A DNA stretch of 53,472 bases from a virus (taxonomy: Duplodnaviria; Caudoviricetes), in the IMG/VR virus record IMGVR_UViG_3300031519_004379, positions 1 through 53,472 of that record, one strand, 5' to 3'. Positions 1 through 9,134 of the stretch are shown here, piece by piece. Each line of letters opens with the position of its first letter. Within the stretch, counting starts at the first letter, position 1. Position numbers and translations under genes: made by a program. The notes below the pieces were generated by a model. It worked only from the letters and a program-made list of their open reading frames with translations. It searched no databases and was not told the origin of the DNA.

Positions 1-707
1 TCTTCTTTAGCTTGCAATGTTTCACTTGATGTATCGTCAACTGTAAACTGACTATTGAAATTTACTAAGTATGTCCCCGCCGCAGGGGATTTTGTCATTG
101 TGGGAATTATAATAGGATTTTGTGAATCTATCAGAGTCGCGTTAGCGCCAGTAGTTTCTGCATACACAGACACGATTGGTTTTGTAAATTCAAATTTACC
201 ATTCGTTGAATTGTATTGCATATTTAAACCATCTGCAATAGTTGAGCGATTCACATCATCAAGCATACGAAGATTAACTTCACCACCACCGCCTATTGTA
301 GACATTTGCGTTTGTATACGAGTTAGCAACAATTTATAATGGTCATTCATTTGTTCTTGAGTGACAAAGTTAGTATTGCGTAAAGGATCATTCCATCTTT
401 GCGATTCAATGTCTTCTGAAAGATCAGGGTTTGGTTTAGCGCTTCTACCTATTAGATTAGCAGTCATTTGCACAATATCGTTTTCAGATAATTGTTCAAC
501 TTCTACTTCAACAAGTTCTTCTACTATTTCTTTTGGAATATAGTGAGGTGCAGCTTCCCTTAGAAGATTTTTGAGTTCTTCTAATGGGCTAATTTTTGGT
601 AGTATATCTTCTTGAATTTCTTCAACAATCGGTTCAGCAGGCGTAATCTCAAAATTACCGTCTTGTGCTTGCTTAATAAGCTGCTTTAGTTCGTCAATAG
701 CACTCAT
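1..707 (-). CDS. Partial CDS running off the window edge, probable virion structural protein
   Basis: Read manually from ATG at 707 (MSAIDELKQLIK...STIGGGGEVNLRMLDDV...), open to position 1; downstream of late promoter at 954-961. Confidence 0.6.
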   Translation of the reverse strand, partial: MSAIDELKQLIKQAQDGNFEITPAEPIVEEIQEDILPKISPLEELKNLLREAAPHYIPKEIVEELVEVEVEQLSENDIVQMTANLIGRSAKPNPDLSEDIESQRWNDPLRNTNFVTQEQMNDHYKLLLTRIQTQMSTIGGGGEVNLRMLDDVNRSTIADGLNMQYNSTNGKFEFTKPIVSVYAETTGANATLIDSQNPIIIPTMTKSPAAGTYLVNFNSQFTVDDTSSETLQAKE

Positions 708-724
708 CTTTCTGACCTTCCCGA

Positions 725-913
725 TCAACGTTTAGAGATCAAATCTAATCTCCTGTTTAAAATCTTGAGGCATCTTTGTAGGTCTTGATCTTCATTGTGA
801 TTAACACTAGCCCAACCCAAGTTTTGTTTGGGTTGGCTTCTGACCAACTTTTGGCGTTTCTGGTAACGAGCAAATAATCTTATTAGGATTGTAAGCATAA
901 TCTTGTTAACCAT
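725..913 (-). CDS. Small hypothetical protein
   Basis: ORF track 725..952; ATG at 913 preferred because it lies downstream of the late promoter. Confidence 0.35.
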   Translation of the reverse strand: MVNKIMLTILIRLFARYQKRQKLVRSQPKQNLGWASVNHNEDQDLQRCLKILNRRLDLISKR

Positions 914-953
914 TAGCACCCATTTTCGCCTCAATAATGTCATAATATACAAT

Positions 954-961
954 TATTTATA
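954..961 (-). promoter_or_regulatory. T4-type late promoter TATAAATA
   Basis: Exact consensus on minus strand at a gene boundary. Confidence 0.65.
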
Positions 962-1160
962 ACAACCAAGAAACAGCAGCTTTTGCAAAGAAGGGTGGTA
1001 CTGGATTGTCGCCAAACCCCCCTCCTAAATTCATCTTCCTAGCTAGTTGATTGGCTTCTTGTTTGCCAACCCCTAGTTCAATACGGGTTTCATGATAAGA
1101 AGTTTGAGCCACATCGAATTTATTATCCTTGGTATCTGATGATATTACTACATAGCTCAT
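957..1160 (-). CDS. Hypothetical phage protein
   Basis: 67 aa ORF, ATGA overlap with helicase stop; MNLGGGF motif. Confidence 0.65.
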   Translation of the reverse strand: MSYVVISSDTKDNKFDVAQTSYHETRIELGVGKQEANQLARKMNLGGGFGDNPVPPFFAKAAVSWLL

Positions 1161-2605
1161 GTTATGCCTCCTGCCCCAAATAAACTTTTCTTGTTAGAAC
1201 CGCCAAACTTAGTTTTATCAAAGATTGGGTTGTCATCGCTATCATTGAAAGACACAGATGCTCTGGGTGATGAATTCGCAACCGACTGTGCTTGACCAAT
1301 ATTGCTTTGTGCTGAGTCTTCCAGATCATAGATTTGCATCTTGGACCTATCAATACCAACAACGAACCTTCGATAGTAACCAATATCGCCCCACCGATTT
1401 TTCAACTGCTTGAACATAAGCTGACCCAAGCCATCTAATTCTTCAGTTGTAATCAAACCAAGAATACAATCGGCTGTGTGTGTAATACCCATAGACTCAG
1501 AGGTATTAGTAAGATCAACGTCAGAGTTGCCATAACCATCACGGTTGAACTGGGACGATGTGATAATAGCACAATCGAATTCCATAGCCAGACCACGAAT
1601 TTCTTCAGCAATAGACTTCACGAGAGTATATGAGTTTGCAGCCGCCGCACCCTTGATGCGTGACGAAGCGCAGATATTCAAGTAGTCGATCATAATGATG
1701 TCAGGCTTAAATCCACGCTTCATTTTCAATTCATTAAGAAGATGGCGGAAGTGACCAGCATGTGCAGAACCTGTTGGGTATTCCTTGACAATCAACTTGC
1801 CTGTTGTTTTGGAAGTAATCCTGTCCATACGCTTCTTGTAGACGTCTCTGGGCATCAAAGAAACTTCATCAATGGTAACGCCCATCATATTAGCATCGAT
1901 ACGCTCAGAGATGCGTTCCTCAGCCATTTCCATAGTGATGTACATAACGTTCTTGCCCATCATCAAAGCAGATGCAGCGGCATGGCATTTAACCAGTGAT
2001 TTACCACCACCAGTTGTCGCCAATAGAACAGTCATAGACTTACGTGGCAAACCACCTTTGGTGATTTTATTCAGGATTTCAATATCGAATGGGATACGTT
2101 CTTCTTTGCGATGGTAAAAGTCATAACGATCCTCAAAGTCTTCAAGGTAGTCGTGGCCAATCGATGTGTCAAAACTAATCCCCAAGGAATCAGACAGCAT
2201 CTGTGGCAAAGCACCCTTTTCAGTCTCTTTGTCTTCGCCATCAATAACAAGGATAGCCTTGCGAATAGCATTAAATAGATCACGGTCTTGGCAAAACTTT
2301 TCAGTCTCTTTTACTAGCCAATCTGTGTTGGTATCGGGGTCACGCTTGAGGCCATCCAAAGTAGACATCACAGACTTAAACGAATCTTCGTTCATGTCTT
2401 TGCGTTTATCTAAAGAGATTTTGAGAGCTTCAATAGAAGGTGCGCTCTTGTACTCTTCTACGTATTCTGAATAAACACCAAACACCTTTCGAACGCTTTG
2501 GTCTTCGAAGTAATCGGGTTTGATATAAGGATACACACGACGGTAGAATTCATCGTTAAATACTAGGTTGGCCAAGACTGTTGTTTCTATCATCACATTT
2601 TCCAT
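1157..2605 (-). CDS. 41: Replicative DnaB-like helicase (T4 gp41)
   Basis: Walker A ATTGGGKS, YITMEMAEE, VKEYPT, IDYLNI, QLKNRWGD; start probably 2605 or 2593. Confidence 0.95.
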   Translation of the reverse strand: MENVMIETTVLANLVFNDEFYRRVYPYIKPDYFEDQSVRKVFGVYSEYVEEYKSAPSIEALKISLDKRKDMNEDSFKSVMSTLDGLKRDPDTNTDWLVKETEKFCQDRDLFNAIRKAILVIDGEDKETEKGALPQMLSDSLGISFDTSIGHDYLEDFEDRYDFYHRKEERIPFDIEILNKITKGGLPRKSMTVLLATTGGGKSLVKCHAAASALMMGKNVMYITMEMAEERISERIDANMMGVTIDEVSLMPRDVYKKRMDRITSKTTGKLIVKEYPTGSAHAGHFRHLLNELKMKRGFKPDIIMIDYLNICASSRIKGAAAANSYTLVKSIAEEIRGLAMEFDCAIITSSQFNRDGYGNSDVDLTNTSESMGITHTADCILGLITTEELDGLGQLMFKQLKNRWGDIGYYRRFVVGIDRSKMQIYDLEDSAQSNIGQAQSVANSSPRASVSFNDSDDNPIFDKTKFGGSNKKSLFGAGGIT

Positions 2606-2690
2606 ACGGCTAAGTTGAGTTGTGGCGACCAATGAAATTAGCCGCCACCTTAAGATTTATATTATTGCATGATTAGTAGAATGTCAAGAA

Positions 2691-3830
2691 TTAATTACAC
2701 TCGCATGGCTCCATACTGCAATCTTCACAAGGGCCGTTATACTCAGAGTCGTCATCCAACAGATCATCAATGACTTCGGTGATTTTGTCGTCATCACTTC
2801 GCATGATACCACCAGATGCACCGATAGTGTACTCAGCTTTGATATATTTGCTAAAATCTGTCTTCTCAAACATATTCAACCAAAAATCACCATTGTCGTT
2901 GATCTCTTTAGCTCTCATCAACTTCTCTGATAGAACCTCCCCAGTGGAAGGGTCCATTGCCTCATACCAGCCTACTTTAGGTTTACGCAGATAACCACCT
3001 TTTTCTGCAACATCCATAAGGCCAGAATATTTCATGATGCCACCTTCCCAAGATACTGAGATTGGGATTTTGGTTTTCTCTTTGACGTGTCGAGACTTTT
3101 CGATGTTGATGATAAAGTGGTAGCCTTGAATTTCAGTACCAACCTTATCTTGTTGACGCCCAATGATCCAGATTGCATCTGCTGAATAGTAGATGCCTGT
3201 ACCACCTGATACAACGTCCTTAGAGTACATCTCTTGCGTTTTGTAGGTGTGGTTAACCGCAATCAATGGGATGTCTTTAAGGTTCAGGTATGGTGTCACG
3301 ATACGGAACAAAGACTTAATAGCCTTGGCTCTTGACATATCACCAACTGATTTGCCATCCACAGCATCTTGGACTTCTTTCTTGGAAGCAAGGTTACCAA
3401 TGGAATCGATGACAATAATCACTTTATCTGCCTTTTTGATTTCCCCAAGTTGTTTTGTAATATCAAACTTAAGTTCTTCGACATCAGTGATTGGCGTGTG
3501 TGCAACACGATTCATATCAATACCAAAAGACTCAAAATATGCTTGAGGTGTACCAAATTCTGCATCATAAAACAATAATACAGCATCTGGGTTGCGCTTC
3601 ATGTAAGCACCAGCCATTAACAAGGCAAATGCTGATTTGAAGTGCTTGGATGGGCCAGCCAAGATCAAAAGACCCGGAGAAAGCCCACCATCAATACGCC
3701 CCGACAATGCGACGTTAATCATCGGTACTGGTGTCGGAGCCATGTCTTTTTTGCCGTAGACTTTGGATTCCAAAAGTGGGGCAGTCATTTTGATTGTACT
3801 ATTCTTTACAAGTCGGTCTAGTAGACTCAT
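2691..3830 (-). CDS. uvsX: RecA-like recombinase UvsX
   Basis: AGPSKHFKS, FYDAEFG, IDSIGNLASKKE, VVSGGTG motifs; T4 synteny with gp41. Confidence 0.95.
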   Translation of the reverse strand: MSLLDRLVKNSTIKMTAPLLESKVYGKKDMAPTPVPMINVALSGRIDGGLSPGLLILAGPSKHFKSAFALLMAGAYMKRNPDAVLLFYDAEFGTPQAYFESFGIDMNRVAHTPITDVEELKFDITKQLGEIKKADKVIIVIDSIGNLASKKEVQDAVDGKSVGDMSRAKAIKSLFRIVTPYLNLKDIPLIAVNHTYKTQEMYSKDVVSGGTGIYYSADAIWIIGRQQDKVGTEIQGYHFIINIEKSRHVKEKTKIPISVSWEGGIMKYSGLMDVAEKGGYLRKPKVGWYEAMDPSTGEVLSEKLMRAKEINDNGDFWLNMFEKTDFSKYIKAEYTIGASGGIMRSDDDKITEVIDDLLDDDSEYNGPCEDCSMEPCECN

Positions 3831-4157
3831 TTATTTCCCCTCTACAATGGATGCAAGTTTTGACTTATAGGCCTCAATCTTAGCTACACGATCAGGCCAA
3901 TAAATTGTCGATTTCTCAGAATTCTTGCAAAGATTATCCAAGAATGGAGTTACTGATTTGAACAGTAGTTCTAGACGATATTCAAGATCGTCAGCCGCGA
4001 GTTTAGCATCCACTAGTTGGTCTTCTAGTGTCTGCTTCTCGCTGCTAACTTTCTGAATAGTTTCTTCGGCTTCAGCACTTTTTGCTTGAAGTTCTTCATC
4101 AATAAAGCTGAAGCCGAAGTCGAAATCTAAAACCTCTTCATAGGTTTTATTAGCCAT
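3831..4157 (-). CDS. Conserved hypothetical T4-like phage protein
   Basis: MANKTYEEVLDFDFGFSF...PFLDNLCKN...IYWPDR; ATG at 4157 overlaps gp32 end. Confidence 0.75.
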   Translation of the reverse strand: MANKTYEEVLDFDFGFSFIDEELQAKSAEAEETIQKVSSEKQTLEDQLVDAKLAADDLEYRLELLFKSVTPFLDNLCKNSEKSTIYWPDRVAKIEAYKSKLASIVEGK

Positions 4158-5088
4158 TCGCAAGTTCCTTGAAGATGTCAAGGTCATCATCATCATCGTC
4201 ATCACCCATGGACATAGATGGTGCTGATGCTGTGCTTTCTGGCATAACCCTGAGTGTTGGCTCAGGTGCAGACTTGGAAGAATTACCAAAGCTGCTCATG
4301 TCAATATCATCATCCTCTGCCCGTGATGGTGAAGAAGCTTCTTCGCCAAGAGCAAGAACACGATATAGTTTTGCTTTCAACTCGTTATAATCTTTGAAGT
4401 TCTTTGGATCGACAAGTTCTTGCAACTTGTGCTGTTGGTTCCAGATAGCTTCAATAGCTGCGTCATCTTGTGAGAGTGGCGAAGGGCCATCAAACTCAGA
4501 TTTGTCGTAGTTAGGGTAACCTTCCACTTTACGAATTTTCAAACGGAAGTTAGCACCTTCCCAGAAATCAAATGGGTTACGTGCAACCTCATCTTCAAAC
4601 TGTGGGTTCATAAGGTCATTCAATTTGTCAAAGATTTTCTTCCCAAAAGAATACATGAAGACTTTGCCTTCATTATCAGGGTTGGCAGTGTCTTGTACAA
4701 CAAGAATGTTGGCGATGTACTTGAGGCGACGTTTTTGCTTACGAGCAATTTCTTTGTCAGACTCAACCCCAGAATTCCACAACTTGCTGTTGTATTCTGA
4801 AACTGGATCGTCTTTATCAATCGTAGTGAGTGAGTTTTCGATATACCACAGACCTGTTGGGCCTTGGAAACCGTGATCCCAGACACGAACGAAAGGCATA
4901 TCTTCACCATTAGTTGCTGGCAAGAAACGAATAATAGCAAAACCGTTACCCGCTTTGTCGCGTGTAGGCTTCCAGTTCTTACCTTCGTTGGGGTCTGAAT
5001 AACTCTTAGTTTGAATCTTTTCAAGCTGTGAGTTGAGTTTGCTCAATGAGCTTGCTCGATTGTTTTTAAGTGCGGCGAAATCTACCAT
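4150..5088 (-). CDS. 32: Single-stranded DNA-binding protein (T4 gp32)
   Basis: DKAGNGFAIIRFLP, WYIENSLTT, FGKKIFDK, GANFRLKIR, acidic C-terminal tail. Confidence 0.95.
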   Translation of the reverse strand: MVDFAALKNNRASSLSKLNSQLEKIQTKSYSDPNEGKNWKPTRDKAGNGFAIIRFLPATNGEDMPFVRVWDHGFQGPTGLWYIENSLTTIDKDDPVSEYNSKLWNSGVESDKEIARKQKRRLKYIANILVVQDTANPDNEGKVFMYSFGKKIFDKLNDLMNPQFEDEVARNPFDFWEGANFRLKIRKVEGYPNYDKSEFDGPSPLSQDDAAIEAIWNQQHKLQELVDPKNFKDYNELKAKLYRVLALGEEASSPSRAEDDDIDMSSFGNSSKSAPEPTLRVMPESTASAPSMSMGDDDDDDDLDIFKELANG

Positions 5089-5161
5089 TTTTATATCTCC
5101 TAATTTTGCGTTATATAGCGTTGTTCATATTGCGATGTATGTTGTGGATTAATCCACCATC

Positions 5162-5169
5162 TATTTATA
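5162..5169 (-). promoter_or_regulatory. T4-type late promoter upstream of gp32
   Basis: TATAAATA on minus strand. Confidence 0.6.
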
Positions 5170-5769
5170 TCAGAAAAATCGCTCTCGAACTAGATTCTTG
5201 AACTTTTTTTCGTCAAACGTCAAGAAAGGTTTGTACTTGCTTGATTTTTTTATTATATCATAAGCTATGATTTTGTCAAGTAAATTCTTCTCCCAGTATG
5301 CAAAAATATTTGCTATGTGTATAAGAATTGTAAATGTCTCAAAAGTTATTTGCTTCCGTAATAATAATGTTATGATAATAGGATGCTGACCGTTTACCGA
5401 AACGAAGTTGGATTGCCAATCATCATTTAGTTGGTTCAGATCATCCTTTACCACTTTTGTCAAAGATTCTTGGATGCGCCGCCATTCTACATAGCGATCA
5501 TGACCTTCCTTCTCTGCAATTTCTCTTATAAAAACTTCTGGCTTGGATATAATGTTAGCCAACAAAATATTCTCATAATCTTCCATACCAGAAACTTTGT
5601 TGAAAAAGAATACATCAGGACGTGTTCGAAAGCTTTTGAATGGAGTATTTAGCTTACCACCCATTTTTATATAATCGTAATTCGTCTTAAAATGCTTTTT
5701 CATAGCAATGTAGTTCATGTAACATTTAAACGATTGCTCGTTAGCAAAGTTCCGTGATGTCCCTATCAT
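5170..5769 (-). CDS. 59: Helicase loader (T4 gp59)
   Basis: Y..MKKHF..NYDY..GK, KYKPFL motifs; order 33-59-32 as in T4. Confidence 0.85.
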   Translation of the reverse strand: MIGTSRNFANEQSFKCYMNYIAMKKHFKTNYDYIKMGGKLNTPFKSFRTRPDVFFFNKVSGMEDYENILLANIISKPEVFIREIAEKEGHDRYVEWRRIQESLTKVVKDDLNQLNDDWQSNFVSVNGQHPIIITLLLRKQITFETFTILIHIANIFAYWEKNLLDKIIAYDIIKKSSKYKPFLTFDEKKFKNLVRERFF

Positions 5770-5992
5770 CTTTTATCACCATTTTCATTTTTACTGCCTC
5801 TGATCTTACTTTTTCTTTTAAGATAGAGGACTTCTTTACTATATCAGCTACTGCTTCAATTTCCAAGTCGTTTTTTCTTGCATATTCAAGTAAAGCGTCA
5901 ACATAGTTGACACCGTTAGATAACATATAAGATATTTCATGATGTACTTTTTCTGGTGTTCTTGGCGAAATCGTTGGTTGTTGTTTATCCAT
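5741..5992 (-). CDS. 33: Late transcription coactivator (T4 gp33)
   Basis: NYVDALLEY...EIE.VA.....LKEKVRSEA pattern and synteny. Confidence 0.8.
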   Translation of the reverse strand: MDKQQPTISPRTPEKVHHEISYMLSNGVNYVDALLEYARKNDLEIEAVADIVKKSSILKEKVRSEAVKMKMVIKDDRDITELC

Positions 5993-6335
5993 TGAGGGTT
6001 TTTACACCAGATACCCAGTTCTGCGCAGCAGACTCAGCCCAAACTATTCCCTTGCCCTCATAAAGTTCTTCTTGGATAAATTCTTCGTTGATAAACATCC
6101 TACACCCTGATCCGTTTTGGGTGGCAAAATATTCAGCACGAAGAGTTTGCCCTGCCTTCTCTACAATAATATTATCTCCATTATCCATATTGTTTTCCTT
6201 AATATTTGAAGTTGCTTTAACCTGACCACAGCTTGTGCAATGATCTACAGTCACCTTGAAGGAATGGCCCTCAAAAGTTATATATTCTATACCTCTCAAT
6301 ATATTGACATTACCACAGCATCCGCTGAATGTCAA
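5985..6335 (-). CDS. Hypothetical protein (alternative start 6188)
   Basis: ORF track; AESAAQNWVSG C-terminal motif; N-terminal Cys-rich part uncertain. Confidence 0.55.
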   Translation of the reverse strand: MTFSGCCGNVNILRGIEYITFEGHSFKVTVDHCTSCGQVKATSNIKENNMDNGDNIIVEKAGQTLRAEYFATQNGSGCRMFINEEFIQEELYEGKGIVWAESAAQNWVSGVKTLNG

Positions 6336-6337
6336 TT

Positions 6338-7024
6338 TTATTTCTCCTCAAAAAGAATGTCGTTGACGTAATTTTCTTTGTCTTCTTCTGAAATACCCAT
6401 GGCAAGAATAGACCTGTGTAGGTGAGGATTCATCTTTTGATTAGCGCAATATTTATTCAGTATTGGAAGCGTATCACGGTTTGATACATATGCGTTCTCT
6501 TCCAAGTTTGTCATGTAATAGTCTACTAGGTCGTTAGTAATATCCATAAATTGATCTAATTCGTGACCATCTCGAATGTTGCCAACTGCAAGCATATCAT
6601 CTGAAAAGATTTCTTTAGCCCATGTTGGCAACTCACGAGGTTTATTCCATTCGAGACCCTTTACCATGACTTTCATATAGTCGCTGTATGGATGGTCATA
6701 GCCATGTAGAGGCGAAAAATCCATGAATGAACCTGTGATTTTATTAGGCCCAGCAACGATATCAAATCCTAAGATTGGAAGTTCAACCCCAACCTTAGGA
6801 AATACGTTGATGTGCATCAACCACAATGATTTTACGTCTGCTGGTTGGATAGTCTTTAAGTGACATTTACCAATAGTTTCAGATTCCCAAAACGTATCAG
6901 TCCAACCCTCAAACTGCCAATCATCCCTATATTTGGGATTGTCGTACCTAGTAAAATGATTATCAAATTGTGCAGCTAAGCTTTCCGCGTAATCATTCAA
7001 CCTATCCCAAAGTGGAGTGCTCAT
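6338..7024 (-). CDS. pcyX: Ferredoxin-dependent bilin reductase, PcyA/PcyX family
   Basis: LMHINVFP, LPILGFDIVAG, FMDFSP, RELPTWAKEIFS, YC.NQKMNPH motifs; downstream of heme oxygenase. Confidence 0.85.
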   Translation of the reverse strand: MSTPLWDRLNDYAESLAAQFDNHFTRYDNPKYRDDWQFEGWTDTFWESETIGKCHLKTIQPADVKSLWLMHINVFPKVGVELPILGFDIVAGPNKITGSFMDFSPLHGYDHPYSDYMKVMVKGLEWNKPRELPTWAKEIFSDDMLAVGNIRDGHELDQFMDITNDLVDYYMTNLEENAYVSNRDTLPILNKYCANQKMNPHLHRSILAMGISEEDKENYVNDILFEEK

Positions 7025-7191
7025 TTATTCTTCTTCCTCAATCTACGAAGTTTGTTGTGTTCGTTTGTCGTTCGCGTCTCTCGAACTGCCTTGAGGTCTG
7101 TTCGCCTTTGCCTTGCCTCATTACTCTTGTGTAATCGCAACGCCTTTACTTTTGGCTTAAGGTTAATTTCTTCTAATGCTTCTTCTTGCAT
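7021..7191 (-). CDS. Small basic hypothetical protein (56 aa)
   Basis: Read manually: MQEEALEEINLKPKVKALRLHK...RRLRKKNK; ATGA overlap with pcyX; GGAGG upstream. Confidence 0.6.
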   Translation of the reverse strand: MQEEALEEINLKPKVKALRLHKSNEARQRRTDLKAVRETRTTNEHNKLRRLRKKNK

Positions 7192-7257
7192 TGTGGGACC
7201 TCCTTATATACAGTTTATAGTTTTCATTGTATAACAAAAAGAGAGAATTGTCAATGT

Positions 7258-7800
7258 TTACTTGGACAACTCATCAAATAATTCAGACGCAAAGTCAAAG
7301 CATCGCTTAGCTTCATCTGCCATACCGTCGTGCAATAATTCTCTAAATTCCGCAATCAACACCTTGGTGTCGCCTTCGAATTCATACATAACACCAGCGC
7401 CCGGAGTTTTTGCTTTGATGATTTGACCGCCATGCAATTCACCAAAATGACGAACGTACATGTGAGCTAGTAGCCCATCATTATCGTCTGCATCAGACAA
7501 TCCTTGCATGTGTGATATACATCTGCCCACTGATTCAGGATAATGGTCGATGTCGTCAAACCCATAAATTTCACCCAGTTCCTCAATGTCTTTTAGGATA
7601 CGTGGGGCGCGATAGATTGCATTTAGATTTGGTGGGATGATTGCAAGTTTTTCCAGCATCTCATATACGATATACTGACAATTAAGAAATTTGTAATATG
7701 TGAAAGGATCAATGCCACCACTAATTAGTTGCTTTGCAAACTTTCTGCGTTCAGCGGCCTGATGGTGCGCCCAAGTAAGTTTTTTCAATTCCATAGTCAT
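7258..7800 (-). CDS. hemO: Heme oxygenase
   Basis: LKKLTWAHHQAAE (proximal His) and LLAHMYVRHFGELHGGQII (distal helix). Confidence 0.9.
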   Translation of the reverse strand: MTMELKKLTWAHHQAAERRKFAKQLISGGIDPFTYYKFLNCQYIVYEMLEKLAIIPPNLNAIYRAPRILKDIEELGEIYGFDDIDHYPESVGRCISHMQGLSDADDNDGLLAHMYVRHFGELHGGQIIKAKTPGAGVMYEFEGDTKVLIAEFRELLHDGMADEAKRCFDFASELFDELSK

Positions 7801-7834
7801 TATATAGCCCTCACTAATGTTATTACCTCATAGT

Positions 7835-7842
7835 TATTTATA
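7835..7842 (-). promoter_or_regulatory. T4-type late promoter upstream of hemO
   Basis: TATAAATA on minus strand, 35 nt before ATG. Confidence 0.65.
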
Positions 7843-7849
7843 ACGAAAT

Positions 7850-7880
7850 AAAAAAGGGAGAACCCGAAAGCTCTCCCTTA
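7850..7880 (-). terminator. Rho-independent terminator after porin
   Basis: AAGGGAGAG...TTCTCCCTT stem followed by T-run on minus strand. Confidence 0.7.
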
Positions 7881-7911
7881 GATCGAACGGCGTATAGCCA
7901 GTCCCGTTTAT

Positions 7912-8706
7912 TTAGAATGCAAAAGCCAGTGTAAGTTTTGGGCTTACTACTTCAGTATTCATGTCGTAGTTCACAGCGCCTTCTAGGCTAAAATCTGTGC
8001 CGATTGTGTAGGATGCACCAACATTTTGTGTTAGATCATCTTTGTCACCATTCAGGTAAGCAGTCATACCCATTACAGTTGCATCTACCTCAAACGAAGT
8101 TGTTTTGCTTAGAGAACCGTAGGATACTGCACCACCAAGACGAACACCGTCTAGCATTCCTGCCGTGTCTGCACGACCAGCAACAACCCACTCATCCGAA
8201 TCTACGTTAAAGTCGGCTGCACCAGTCACATCAGCAATTAGGATATATGTGCTATAGGCGACTTGTACGTTTTCAAGATCAGTGATATCAGTTTCAACAG
8301 CATCAAAACCTAGTGCGACAGTTGCGCCCATTGCAGAGACTTGCAAGCTTGTACCCATTGCTGGCTCTTCGATTGTATCTCCGCTTTCAGTGGAAATCCA
8401 AATGTTATCTTGGTTGCCGAAAGACAACATAGTATTATTAACTGTAGTACCAACGTTCCATTCGTCGAGTGCCAAATCATTGGCAGAGTCAACAACAAAG
8501 TTTAGACTGCCAAAAGCATTTCCAGCGTCAGCAGCAACGTCAAGATCAAAAGATGTAGTTGCTCCGTATTTGTTGGTTGTGCCAGTTTCGGAAATCACAG
8601 TTTCGACTTTACCCCCAATTGCCAAGTAAGGCAAGAGTGTTTGTTCAGCTTGTGCAGTTCCTGTTAGTGCTACCAATACGGCTGCAATTGTCACTAGTTT
8701 ATTCAT
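7912..8706 (-). CDS. Outer-membrane porin, alphaproteobacterial type
   Basis: Signal peptide MNKLVTIAAVLVALTGTAQA, alternating beta-strand pattern, terminal Phe (LTLAFAF). Confidence 0.7.
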   Translation of the reverse strand: MNKLVTIAAVLVALTGTAQAEQTLLPYLAIGGKVETVISETGTTNKYGATTSFDLDVAADAGNAFGSLNFVVDSANDLALDEWNVGTTVNNTMLSFGNQDNIWISTESGDTIEEPAMGTSLQVSAMGATVALGFDAVETDITDLENVQVAYSTYILIADVTGAADFNVDSDEWVVAGRADTAGMLDGVRLGGAVSYGSLSKTTSFEVDATVMGMTAYLNGDKDDLTQNVGASYTIGTDFSLEGAVNYDMNTEVVSPKLTLAFAF

Positions 8707-8734
8707 TACATCTTTTCCTTTAATTATTAAAATT

Positions 8735-9045
8735 GTGTGCCACTTTTCTGTTGCTAGGTAAGTGGCCAACCCCCTGTGTTTACGCTGCTAGAGCGAAACC
8801 AGATGGTGCATAGTTATTGTTTGCACTTGTAGTTTTTGACCAATTACGCAGTCACCCGATAAACTCCACTTTCACTTTCACACCTGTCGATCCTATTTCC
8901 ACCCCATCATAAGTTCTTAGATTATTTCTCAGAATAAAAAGTAACACCCAACGGTGTAAATGCCCAACGGCCTAAGAACTTATGGTGGAGTGGTTGGGTA
9001 CTGCCCCCAAGTCCAGAATGTGTCCACGTTGCTTCAACGTTTACA
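8735..9045 (-). ncRNA. ssrA: Two-piece (circularly permuted) tmRNA, tag ANNNYAPSGFALAA
   Basis: Acceptor piece ...GGGGGCAGTACCCAACCACTCCACCA (CCA ends 8983) precedes coding piece GGGGTGGAAATAGGATCGAC (starts 8905); G3-U70 pair; tag frame 8824-8780; outer ends approximate. Confidence 0.92.
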
Positions 9046-9048
9046 AGT

Positions 9049-9078
9049 TATATATAACACAAAAAGGCCAGATGTCAA
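9049..9078 (-). promoter_or_regulatory. Sigma70-like promoter for tmRNA
   Basis: TTGACA at 9078-9073 followed by TATATAA -10-like element. Confidence 0.55.
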
Positions 9079-9134
9079 TCATCCAGCCTAATTGATTATT
9101 TTTGTGTGATATATTTGTCAGACTATCACGTTTC

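Noticed and set aside
55-543. Plus-strand ORFs 55..339 and 361..543, and similar antisense ORFs throughout
   Set aside because: Antisense shadows of well-supported genes on the opposite strand
1157-5088. Introns or inteins in core replication genes
   Set aside because: Lengths and motifs are continuous; no insertion seen
8707-8769. N-terminal extension of the porin ORF in the ORF track
   Set aside because: Overlaps the tmRNA 3' region; signal peptide and RBS point to ATG 8706
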